From contig NC_043012.1 of NCBI RefSeq assembly GCF_006345805.1, positions 53,940,001 to 54,004,000 on the forward strand: DNA of 64,000 bases, read 5' to 3'. Every line of letters begins with the position of its first letter. Position 1 is the stretch's first letter. The DNA is from Octopus sinensis. Taxonomy: Eukaryota. The notes beneath the pieces were generated by a model. It did no database searches. It saw nothing but the letters and a program-made list of their open reading frames with translations, and was not told where the DNA came from. Positions 52,304-64,000 of this stretch are shown in pieces. A program made the translations under genes and the position numbers.

Positions 52304-53240
52304 CGCTCGTACTGATATTGTACTTTAGACTAACACGTGGCGTAGCAGCCTGCTAGCAGTTGCTGCTCATTGCTCGTAGTCAATTGCAGACGATTTAGCT
52401 TCAGAAAGTTATCTTGACTTATTTATAGTTCTCTGAAAGTATCTACAAACAAAAAAATTATATATTTCATACATTGTTTAAGCAATTAAAACTGTTATGG
52501 GTTACTAAATACAAGTTGCGTAGACAAACCAGCCCAGCATCTATAGAATTAAACTGTTTGCTAAGATTGTAGATGTATCAAGTATCTTAAATAGTCATAA
52601 AGTTTTTAGATAAAGTTTGCATGAAATTTTATTCTCAGTTTACATATCAACTGTATCAATGGCTTCAACATAGTCGCTCAATCTGCTAGATGTAGCAAAT
52701 AAATCGCCCTCAATTCACGCCCGGCTGTCAGGGAAATGGAGTGAATAGATTGGATATTGGTTGTCCCTGTGTCTAGACACAGGCATGGCTGTGATGAAAG
52801 AAGCCTGCTTTGCAATTACGTGATTTCGGATTCAGCCACATCTCGCAGCAACTTGAGTGTCTTCTATTTTATCCCCGCGGGCCGACCAATGCGCTGTGAG
52901 TGAATTTGCTAGAAGGAAACTCTGTGGAAACCAGTCGAATACATGTGTGCATTTATGCGTGTCTTTGTTGCTGTGTTTGTCCCCAACAATGCTTGACAAC
53001 CTGTGCTGGTTTCTTTATATACCCGTAACTTAGCGGACCGACAAAAGTGGACGATGGAATAAGCACCACACTTAAATTACAATAAATACTGGGGGCGATT
53101 TCTTTCGATAAACTCTTTAAGGCGGTGCCCTAGCATGGCCGTAGTCTAACGGCTGTACCAAGTAAATAATCAAAGATATATCCCCATTAACATGAAGTGG
53201 CTACGCAAAGAATATGTGTTCATAAGATCTTCACGGATAA

Positions 53241-53945
53241 GGCGGTGAGCTGGCAGAATCGGTAGCAGGCCGGGCGAAATGTTTAGCGGTATTTCGTCTG
53301 CCGCTACGTTCTGAGTTCAAATTCCACCGAGGTCGACTTTGCCTTTCATGCTTTCGGGGTCGATTAAATAAGTACCAGTTACGCACTGGGGTCGATATAA
53401 TCGACTTAATCCGTATGTCTGTCCTTGTTCGTCCCCTCTGTGTTTAGACCCTTGTGGGTAGTAAAGAAACATGTATTTCATCTGCCGTTACGTTCTGAGT
53501 TCAAATTCCGCCGAGGTCGACTTTGCCTTTCATACTTTCGGGGTCGATTAAATAAGTACCAGTTACGCACTGGGGTCGATATAATCGACTTAATCCGTAT
53601 GTCTGTCCTTGTTCGTCCCCTCTGTTTAGCCTCTTGTGTGTAGTAAAGAAATAGGTATTTCGTCTGCTGCTACGTTCTGAGTTCAAATTCCGTCGTAGTC
53701 TACTCTGCCTTTCATCCTTTCGGGATCGATTTAATAAGTACCAGTTACGCACTGGGGTCGATATAATCGACTTAATCCGTTTGTCTGTCCTTGATTGTCC
53801 CCTCTGTGTTTAGTCCTTGTGGGTAGTAAAGAAATAGGTATTTCGTTTGCCGCTACGTTCTGAGTTCAAATTCCGCCGAGGTCGACATTGCCTTTCATCC
53901 TTTCGGGGTCGATAAATTAAATACCAGTTGCGTACTGCGATCGAT
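53241..53945 (+). mobile_element. tRNA-derived SINE with ~183 bp internal unit tandemly amplified ~3.6 times
   Basis: Head gcggtgagctggcagaatc. Unit start tatttcgtctgcc at 53290, 53474, 53656 and 53839, each with B-box-like gagttcaaattcc. Confidence 0.85.
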
Positions 53946-54020
53946 CTAATTTACACATGCATTTTTAGTCATTATTTTATTTGGCTAATTTTTATTGAAC
54001 TTCTATTTCAGAAAATAACT

Positions 54021-55052
54021 ATGACAGGCCCTAAGCTTACTAATGAAATGAAAAGTCATGTTGTGATTGTGGCTTCGAAGGCTAAACATGATTATTTAGA
54101 AATTTTCTGAAAGTTGCAAGATTTTTTGTCCAAAAGATTCGGTGTGACTTAGAGAGAGAAGATGGAAGCGTATTTCCTGTATCAATACGTACAAATCATT
54201 CCAAATGCTCTCATTCTATCAGGACACCTGAACTTATTCAGAAAGTTAAGCAAAACATTGAAGATAATCCAAGATAATCAATGAGGTCAGTTGCAAAAAA
54301 AATTTGTGTGTGAGAAACAATTAGAATTGTTGTGCATGAAGACATCAGATACAAATCTTTCGAGAGAAGAAGAAGTGAATCCATGTCAGAAAGAACAAAA
54401 GAAAAGGGTTTAATCAGATCCCCAAAACTTTTGAACAAACTTAAAAATCCATCAGAAGATGGTGTGATTTGGTTTTTCTCAGACGAGAAAAACTTTGACT
54501 AGGGCTAGAAAACTAACAGAAGAAATGGCAGATGGCTATGTGCAGACCCTAATGTTCCAACAGTAATGCACACAAAATTTCTTGCAAGTGTCATAGTTTT
54601 GGGTGTTGCTAGCAATGAAGGACATGTGATGCCTACTCACTTTTTTCCACAATGCCTTAGGATGAATGCTACTGCGTATACTGAAGTTCTAGATAGAGTT
54701 GTTAATCCTGGATCAACAGTAAATGCAATGGAAGGCTTTATGTCTTTGAACATGATGCTGTACCATCACACAAGGCTCAAATGACACAGAAATGGCCGAC
54801 AGTTTGCATGAACCCATCCCACCCAACGTTTGGCCTCCTTATTCTCCAGATCTCAATCCACTGGACTACTATATATGGAGCATCGTTGAGAAAAATGTCA
54901 ATGAACACCCACATATCACCAAAGATTCTTTGAAAGCCGCCATAGTTCGAGTCATGTCCGATATGAAGAATGACCACTTAATCCGAGTTTGTGAACGATT
55001 TCGACCATGCGTGTAGGCAGTTATTGATGCTTATGGTGGTTTTATTGAATGA
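54021..55052 (+). pseudogene. Decayed Tc1/mariner transposase, approximately DD37D (maT-like)
   Basis: WFFSDEKNFD..MHTKFLASVIVLGVASNEGHVMP..F..LRMNA..Y..VL..D(A)VPSHK..WPPYSPDLNPLDYYIWS..IE*. Frameshifts and stops are present. Confidence 0.9.
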
Positions 55053-55237
55053 AATTATGAAGCTTTATGTTATGATATAAGCGTTTTTTAAAAATATAAA
55101 TCTGTCCACAAATACGATTTCAGTCCTAAAATATATATACATACATACATATAGTTATATATATATATATATATATATATACAAACTTGCACACACATAT
55201 ATATTATATATATATATATATATATACAAACATACAC

Positions 55238-55271
<34 letters not shown>

Positions 55272-55396
55272 TATATATTATACAAACATACAATTATATA
55301 TATATATATTATATATATACAAACATACACATTATATATATAATATATATATAATATATAATATATATATATTATATATATATACAAACAACACAT

Positions 55397-55432
<36 letters not shown>

Positions 55433-55444
55433 ATAATAATAATA

Positions 55445-58400
55445 AATATTAGGGAATAAATCCAAAATTACAGGGAAAAAATCAGATTTAGGATTAAATC
55501 CAATTTTATAGTAAAATATTATAAAATATTATTAGAGACAAAACCACTATTTTGCAAAACAAACAAGGAAAGACTTAATCAATACATAAAATTTAATAAA
55601 TAGTCAAAAAAACCGCCACTACAATTGTTTTGTCTTGATCGACAATCTTCAGGTGGACTTCCAATCTAAAATATCAATATTTTAAAATATAAAAAATAAT
55701 TTTAAAATAATTAAGTATGAAATGAAAAAATATAAATATATAATCCATATATAACCTATATATAATCCATATATAATCAATATATAAACAATATATAAAC
55801 TAAAATAAACCTATCAACAATTAAATATAATATAAAATATAATAAATATAAAACAAACAAAAAAAATAATAATAATATAATAATAAATATAATATACACC
55901 CATACACATATACCTAATTATATATAACCATATCTAACTAATACACTAAATCACACCCCTATATATATCCCTATACATACACATAAAAACGTCTAGGCAA
56001 CTATAAATAAATAAAATAGCTAAATACTTCAACACAATACTTATTCATACTCCACACACACACACATACAACCCACATTCACGCTCTAAAACGGACATCA
56101 CTTAAAATTATGAAGGAGAAATGGAATAAATGGAATTAAAAATATATTCACTTGGTAAACGAACACTACTTAAAAATTATGAATGAAACAATGCAATAAA
56201 ACAACAGACATCGCAAATAGACACAAATTACTACGAATTCCTTAACAAACCTACCATGATAACCAAAACTCATAAAAAACATATAATGATAAAATCTCCC
56301 TTACTAAACTCTATAACATACCTATATAGCAATCCCCTAACCTAAACATTCACACACAAATACACACACGTAAACCACACACCACGACATATACAAATAC
56401 CCTCACCACTTACACATCCTATACATACATATAAACCTCAAATATACTCCAAAAACCCACTCACCCCACACAGACAAATAAACACAAAATTATGAATGGA
56501 TTCTTTATAAAACTACCATGATAAGCTAAAACCACAAAACATAAATGATAAAACCTCCCTTTACTAAACACTATAACATACTTATATAGCAATCCTTTAA
56601 CCTATACATTCACACACAATACACACACGTAAAACCACACACCCATAACAAATACAAACACCCACCCCACTCACACACACCCACAAGTAATATAAGCCTC
56701 AACATATACACCAAAACAAAATTACTTTACCAAGGAAACTAAACATATGTATAAAAAGTATAACCGCTCTGGAAACGAACATCTTTTAAAATAATGAATG
56801 GAGAAATGGAATAAATGGAATTAAAAATAATATTCACGTGGCAAAACGAACACCACTCAAAAATTATGAATGAAACAATGTAATAAAACAACCAACATCG
56901 AAAATAGACAAATTACCACGAATTCCCTAAAAAAAAAAAACCATGATAAACCAAAACTCTTAAAAACATATAACGATAAAATCTCCCTTTGCTAAACTCT
57001 ATAACAATCCCCCTAACCTAAACATTCACACACAAAAACACACACGTAAACCACAGACCCACGACTTATACACATACCTATACTAACATAAACCTCAATA
57101 TACACCAAAAACCCACTCCCTCCCCACACAGACAAATTAACACATACATCCCAAAACCTAAATAACAAAACCCATATACACATTCACACACAAACACACC
57201 ACACGCAAACACACACACACAACGATACATATACTCCCTCACATATACGAATACATACTCATAAACTCGATATATACAACAATATTTACACACCCAACTC
57301 ATACAGATAAATAAATTATACAACTAAAAAACTCACACACAATCTCATATACATAAACACTCCAATAAAAAACAACATTAAATACATCGTAATTAACCAG
57401 AATATCAAAAATAACAATATGACATAAGGAGAAATAAAATACATACTTACAAGTCAGTTTCAAATTATGAAGTGAAATTAAATTCTTAGCCGTTAAAAAA
57501 ACCAACCAAAATTACGTTACCATAGAAATATAACTTATGTAAAAAAAAGAATACGCGCCATGGAAAGTAAAGTCATTTAAAATTATGAATGGAGAAATAG
57601 AATAAATGGAACTAAAAACTATATCCACGTGGCAACCAACACTACTTAAAAAAATTTATTATGAATGGATTCTTAATAAAACTACCATAATAAATTATTA
57701 TAATAATTTATTATGGTAGTTTATTAAAGAATCCATTCATAATAAATTTTTTTAAGTAGTGTTGGTTTGCCACGTGGATATAGTTTTTAGTTCCATTTAT
57801 TCTATTTCTCCATTCATAATTTTAAATGACGTTTACTTTCCATGGCGCGTATTCTTTTTTACATAAGTTATATTTCTATGGTAACGTAATTTTGGTTTGG
57901 TTTTTTTAACGGCTAGAATTTAATTTCACTCATAATTTGAAACTGACTTGTAAGTATGTATTTTATTTCTCCTTATGTCATATGTGTTTTTTGATATTCT
58001 GGTTAATTACGATGTATTTAATGTTGTTTTTTATTGGAGTGTTTATGTATAGAGATTGTGTGTGAGTTTTTAGTTGTATAATTTATTTATCTGTATGAGT
58101 GTGGGTGTGTAAATATTGTTGTATATATCGAGTTTAGTGAGTGAGTATGTATGCGTATATGTGAGGGAGTATATGTATCTGTTGTGTGTGTGTGTTTTGC
58201 GTGTGTGTGTGTTTGTGTGTGAATGTGTATATGGGTTTGTTTTTAGGGTTTGGGATGTATGTGTTAATTTGTCTTGTGTGGGGAGGGAGTGGGTTTTTGG
58301 TGTATATTGAGGTTATAAGTTAGTATAGGTATGTGTATAAGTCGTGGGTCTGTGGTTTACGTGTGGTTTTTTGTGTGTGAATGTTTAGGTAGGGGGATTG

Positions 58401-59888
58401 TTATAGAGTTTAGCAAAGGGAGATTTTATCGTTAATGTTTTTAAGAGTTTTGGTTTATCATGGTTTTTTTTTTTTAGGGATTCGTGGTAATTTGTCTATT
58501 TTCGATGTTGGTTGTTTTATTACATTGTTTCATTCATAATTTTGAGTGGTGTTCGTTTTGCCACGTGAATATTATTTTTAATTCCATTTATTCCATTTCT
58601 CCATTCATTATTTTAAAAGATGTTCGTTTCCAGAGCGGTTATACTTTTATACATAGTTTAGTTTCCTTGGTAAAAGTAATTTTGTTTGGGTATATGTTGA
58701 GGCTTATATGTACTTGTGGGTGTGTGTGAGTGGGGTGGGGTGTTTGTATTTGTATGGGTGTGTGGTTTACGTGTGTGTATTTGTGTGTGAAGTATAGGTT
58801 AAAGGGATGCTATATAAGTATGTTATAGTGTTTAGTAAGGGAGGTTTTATCATTTATGTTTTGTGAGTTTTAGCTTATCATGGTAGTTTTATAAAAGAAT
58901 CCATTCATAATTTTTGTGTTATTTGTCTGTGTGGGGTTGAGTGGGTTTTTGGAGTATATGTGAGGTTTATATGTATGTATAGGTATGTGTAAGTGGTGAG
59001 GTTATTTGTATATGTCGTGGGTGTGTGGTTTACGTGTGTGTATTTGTGTGTGAATGTTTAGGTTAGGGGGATTGCTATATAGGTATGTTATAGAGTTTAG
59101 TAAAGGGAGATTTTATCATTATATGTTTTTATGAGTTTTGGTTTATCATGGTAGGTTTGTTAAGGAATTCGTAGTAATTTGTGTATTTGCGATGTCTGTG
59201 TTTTATTGCATTGTTTCATTCATAATTTTTAAGTAGTGTTCGTTTTACCAAGTGAATATAATTTTTAATTCCATTTATTCCATTTCTCCGTTCATAATTT
59301 TAAGTGATGTCCGTTTTCTAGAGCGTGAATGTGGGTTGTATGTGTGTGTGTGTGGGAGTATGAATAAGTATTGTGTTGAAGTATTTAGCTATTTTATTTA
59401 TTATAGTTGCCTAGACGTTTTTATGTGTATGTATAGGGATATATATAGGGGTGTGATTTAGTGTATGTAGTTAGATATGGTTATATATAATTAGGTATAT
59501 GTATGGGTGTATATATAGTTTATTATTATATTATTATATTTTTTTGTTTTGTTTTATATTTTATATTTTATATTTTATATTTAATTGTTGATAGGTTTAT
59601 TTTAGTATATATTGTTTATATATTGATTATATATGGATATATATAGGTTATATATGGATTATATATTTATATTTTTTTCATTCATACTTTAATTATTTTA
59701 AAATTATTATTTTATATTTAAAAAATATTGATATTTAGATTGGAAGTCCACCTGAAGATTGTCGATCAAGACAAGAAACAATTGTGTAGTGGCGGTTTTT
59801 TTTGACTATTTATTAAAATTTTATGTATTGATTAAGTCTTTCCTTGTTTGTTTTGCAAAATAGTGGTTTTGTCTCTAATAATATTTAT
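55445..59888. repeat. ~4.4 kb zero-spacer palindrome (arms ~55520-57700 / 57701-59888) of a Penelope pLTR-like AC-rich element with internal sub-repeats
   Basis: Centre actaccataataaattatta|taataatttattatggtagt is an exact palindrome. Arms mirror each other with scattered small indels. Confidence 0.9.
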
Positions 59889-60361
59889 ATATAATATAAT
59901 ATCAGAGCATTCTCTGCGCAATTCTCCGCGTTTTTTTCTTTTCATTGCTTATGCTCGTTCAAAAAATATTTTCTCGAAACCGATTATACTGTGTTGGGGT
60001 GGGAATTAGCATGGATCATTATTAAACGCTAAAATTGAATTGGACTGTCTGGAAATTAGGTGGATACTAATCGTTATTTATCTTTCACTTCCTCCAGTTA
60101 CGTTTCCGGTCAGCTAACTTAATTTACAGGCGTCGGCTGCACATACATATACATATACAAACCTGTATACATGCATAAATATACATAAACGCGTGTGGAT
60201 GTGTGTGAGTGTATGTGTGTATGTGCGAGTGTGTGAAAGTCATGAATCTGAAAATACCACTAATGTTTTAAATCTTTTTTAGTTGTTATATACATAAATG
60301 AAACTATGTATGTGTATAAAATATGTCTAATTATAATATATATATATACTATATATATATA

Positions 60362-60403
<42 letters not shown>

Positions 60404-60931
60404 TGTTCGTCTGTGTATGTATATATGTATGCAGAAAGAGAGAAGGACAGGTCGGGAAGAGAAGAGATATGGTTGTTTGAATTATGAAACCGTGAAACGA
60501 ATGATGGCGTAATTAACTCGAGCATCGTTGCGGCTGAATTTATTTGATTATATCATCTGATATACGCAATTAGATGATGTTTATATCTCTATAGTTCACT
60601 GTTTGCCTTTGTGCATAGTAAAAAAAAAAATGTCTGCCGTGCTTGTTCCGGCTCTTACAAAGTCATGTTTGCCGTTCATTCTTTCGGCGTCGACAAACTA
60701 TAATACTAGTCGTGTATGTACTGCAGCTGAAGGCATCGACTACTTGCCTTCCCTCCAAAATTTCTGGCACGAGCATAGCTGTGTGGTTTTTAGAGGCTCT
60801 CTTCGCAGTCAGTTGGTTTCAGGTTCTGTCTTACTAGACGGCGCTTTGGGCAAATGTCTTCTGCTGTAGCCCCGCCCCAACCAATGACTTCTGGGTGAAT
60901 TTGCTTAACAGAAACGGCAACCTCGTCGTAT

Positions 60932-60962
<31 letters not shown>

Positions 60963-61001
60963 TATATATATGTGTGTGTGTGTGTATGTGTGTGTGTGTG
61001 A

Positions 61002-61290
61002 GGTGCAATGGCCCAGTGGTTAAGGCAGCGCACTCGCGGTCGTAGGATCGCCTTTTCGATTCCCAGACCGGGCGTTGTGAGTGTTTATTGAGCGTAAACA
61101 CCTAAAAATTCCACGAGGCTCCGGCAGGGGGGGGGGCGATCCCTGCTGTACTCTTTCACCACAGCTTTCTCTCACTCTTTCTTCTGTTGGCCTGCTCGCT
61201 TAGCCAGCGGGGTGGCGTCATTTAAAGGCTAAAACATTACGAAGCGCATTGTGACCAGGCGTGTGTAGCAATATCTGATAGCCTGTCGGT

Positions 61291-61297
<7 letters not shown>
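61002..61297 (+). mobile_element. SINE family B nested in a family A copy
   Basis: Family B head at 61002, flanked by a family A 5' half (~60774-60915) and 3' half (~61335-61550). Confidence 0.8.
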
Positions 61298-61337
<40 letters not shown>

Positions 61338-63930
61338 TGTGTATGTCTATGTGTGAGTGTTTGTGTTCTCCACCACCGCTTGACAGCTAGTGTTGGTTTA
61401 TTTATCTCACCGTAACCTAGCGCTTCGCTAAAAGAGATCAATAGAAGTATCAGACTTAAAAAAGTACTGGAATCGATTGGTTCGAATAAGCCCCCTAAGG
61501 TGGTGCCCTAGCAAGGCCGCATCTCAATGACTGTAGCAAGTAAGTGTTAAAAGGTTGAGCCTAAACCAGAAACAATTAAAAAGCTGACCTAGCGAGGGAT
61601 ACAAAGATTTCCTTGATTCCGTAAAAATAGCATTTAGTTGTTTATATCAGTTACTCAATTCCGTTCTGTTTTACATCAAGTGTAAAACAATCATCACCCG
61701 TCTAAAGTTTAGCTTGTCTACACTGCACGTTTATAGTCTCCTAACGTATGCAGTCAGTTTTATTTACTGTTTACACACTTCGAATACACTTCTTTATCCA
61801 TAAATATCCTCTTACAAACTGTACTTGTTCAAACCAATGAAGGAATCCTCTATGCAAGAAAAACCAGTCAAATTTCAGACAAGTCAGATCCTATTGACTT
61901 TACTGTATAGAGAGGATACATTTTGATAATGTCCTCTTAGAAATATAACTGAAAGATGGCTAAGGATATAATATTTTTGGACATAGTTCTGCTTTGTATG
62001 AAAATAACCTCTGTTTATTTATGGGATTAATATAAATGCCTCGTATTTTAAAAGAGTGCTGCAACTCTACAACGTATGTTCAGATATCGTAGAGATTTAT
62101 TTGCTTGTTAACCTTTCAGGGTGGGTGAAATAAGTATCAGTGCCGAGGGTGAATAGCCAGAACAGTGACAGAGAGAGACCTGAATTTGTTGCGGTATCTG
62201 TACCGTCTAGGCGTCCTACGTTCAAATCTCGTACCAGCTGGTTTAGTCCTGTTACATAGTATCTTGCGGACCTTTAGCAGAATTCATTTTGTTGCAAGCA
62301 TTTACCCCAAGTCTTAGGTTTGAGGATACCTTACAGCCTCCCACTCCGCCATCACCAGTCTCGAAGACCTTGTGAAGGGTGTGGGCACTGCATTTTCTCC
62401 CAAATAAAAGATACTGCAAGCTTTTATAGCATTTATATTAAACTTTATTTCTATGCAGGAGACAATCCTGAGTTTTTTATCAATCATTAATTTAAGCTGT
62501 CACTACACTCAAAATTAATTCACAAAATAACCTAAATACCTCTTCAGTCACTCTAATATTTATCGGTAACATTTAAGTAATATGACGCTGAAGAAGTCTA
62601 AACAGGCCGAAACACAACCGGAGTTGTTGTTCTATTGCTGTAGATGACACTCACTCCCCATTATATCTTATATATAATTGACCTGTTCATCCACATTATA
62701 GGTTATCTCCGTTGTTCGTACACTAAAATTAGTCAATGCAGTCATGGATTTTTTCCATCGCAAAAGAGTATAATTTTAGTTAAATAAATTTTATTCATTT
62801 ACTATGTTAAGAATAACTATCATGGTAAATTTATGGCTCACCCAGGGGAAAAAAATTATTTTTCTTCACTTTTTTTCGTGTGCTGCCAACTAATCTGACC
62901 TCTGCACATGCTACAAGAGACTTTTTCCCGAAAAACGGAGGGAGTGAGAGGAATGAGGGGAATCCGAAGTTCCCCCGTCCCCACTCCGTCCTTTAGGCAT
63001 GTTCGGAGGAACATTTTGGCATTCATCTTATCCCTTCGTGTTCTGAAACCTTAAGTGGTAAACTTAACCTGTCACTCTGCTTAACACCTCTATATCCATA
63101 GGGTAGTTTGAAAGACGTGTCAGCCCCTACGGAAAAAGTAATAAGAACAATAGAGCAACAATATAATAATATTAAATACATGTACTGGTTTTAGTATATT
63201 CACTTTCATTGACACTGACACACATCTATAAGGTCTGCATGAACACCGTCATTTTCGTGGCACAAGATGATCGGTGCAATGTCCTGTGTAATATTTTACA
63301 AAGCTGTACTTTAATGATTGTTGCAAAGGCTGCCGAAACGGGGTCCTTCAACTACAGGGTAATCTGATATTGCTCTTGGGAAACTCTCTCCTTGATAATA
63401 GAAAATTAAAACAATATTTACAGATCGTGACAATACTTTCAGAACACACTGTACATAATTCCTTAGGTACTTGAGTGGATTTCACTGTTTGAAAGCATTC
63501 CAGTCAGTTCTCTGGTTTGAGGATGATGTCCTCCATTTGTTTTCTTTGCCTTGGAGACGCTAAAAGCAATTGGGGTGGGCACATTTTACTTCCCTTCTCT
63601 CCCTAAAAAAGAATATCTATAATGAATTAATCGTTTCAATCCCTGAACTGGAACAATGCTGGGACAACGCCCTGAGGAGTTAAATCGAATAAATCGTTCC
63701 TATTAACTATATATGTTCAACGGTGTTTCTTATTTTGCCGGCCCCTCTTGACAAACCAGAACCAGTAAGAGATGTAGACATAAACAAACCAACGCCAGTT
63801 AGCAAAGGTGGCGGTTGACAAACACAAGGACAAAGAGACACACATACATATATGCGTGTGTGTGTGTGATACTCACGCATGGACGCACACACGCAGTGTT
63901 TATAAAATACATTTATACATATATTATATA

Positions 63931-63980
<50 letters not shown>

Positions 63981-64000
63981 TAATATATGAGGTTTCCAGT

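Noticed and set aside
63180-63540. Possible piggyBac C-terminal relic on the minus strand
   Set aside because: Only vague Cys and NAF-like similarity across broken frames, with no DDD motifs or clear TTAA/TIR.
424-63990. Dozens of short ORFs rich in YIYI/CVCV/HTHT
   Set aside because: These are translations of (TA)n, (TG)n and (CA)n microsatellites and of SINEs.

Overview
Eukaryotic, AT-rich, microsatellite-laden genomic DNA, most likely an octopus (cephalopod mollusc). That guess rests on the tRNA-derived SINE families I recognise and the (TA)n/(CA)n density. The only supportable host gene is three + strand internal exons of an inter-alpha-trypsin inhibitor heavy chain (ITIH)-like gene: 5538-5823, 17689-18056 and 22125-22469. 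They splice in frame and encode a vWA domain with an intact MIDAS motif. The rest is intronic or intergenic repeat: several SINE families, decayed LINEs (CR1, RTE, R4/Dong-type RLE), a decayed Penelope-like element with RT and GIY-YIG, Tc1/mariner and hAT-like relics, and MITEs. The standout is a ~5.2 kb tandem array of a ~505 bp monomer (44483-49720). Each monomer carries a type I hammerhead ribozyme with an intact catalytic core (10 copies). The array has an internal inversion and a candidate 14-bp target-site duplication, and looks like a retrozyme or ribozyme satellite. At least 8 further intact or decayed hammerhead motifs from unrelated families occur in inverted or direct-repeat, Penelope pLTR-like structures across the window, including a 4.4 kb zero-spacer palindrome. 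All calls were made by eye; no alignments, folds or database searches were run.
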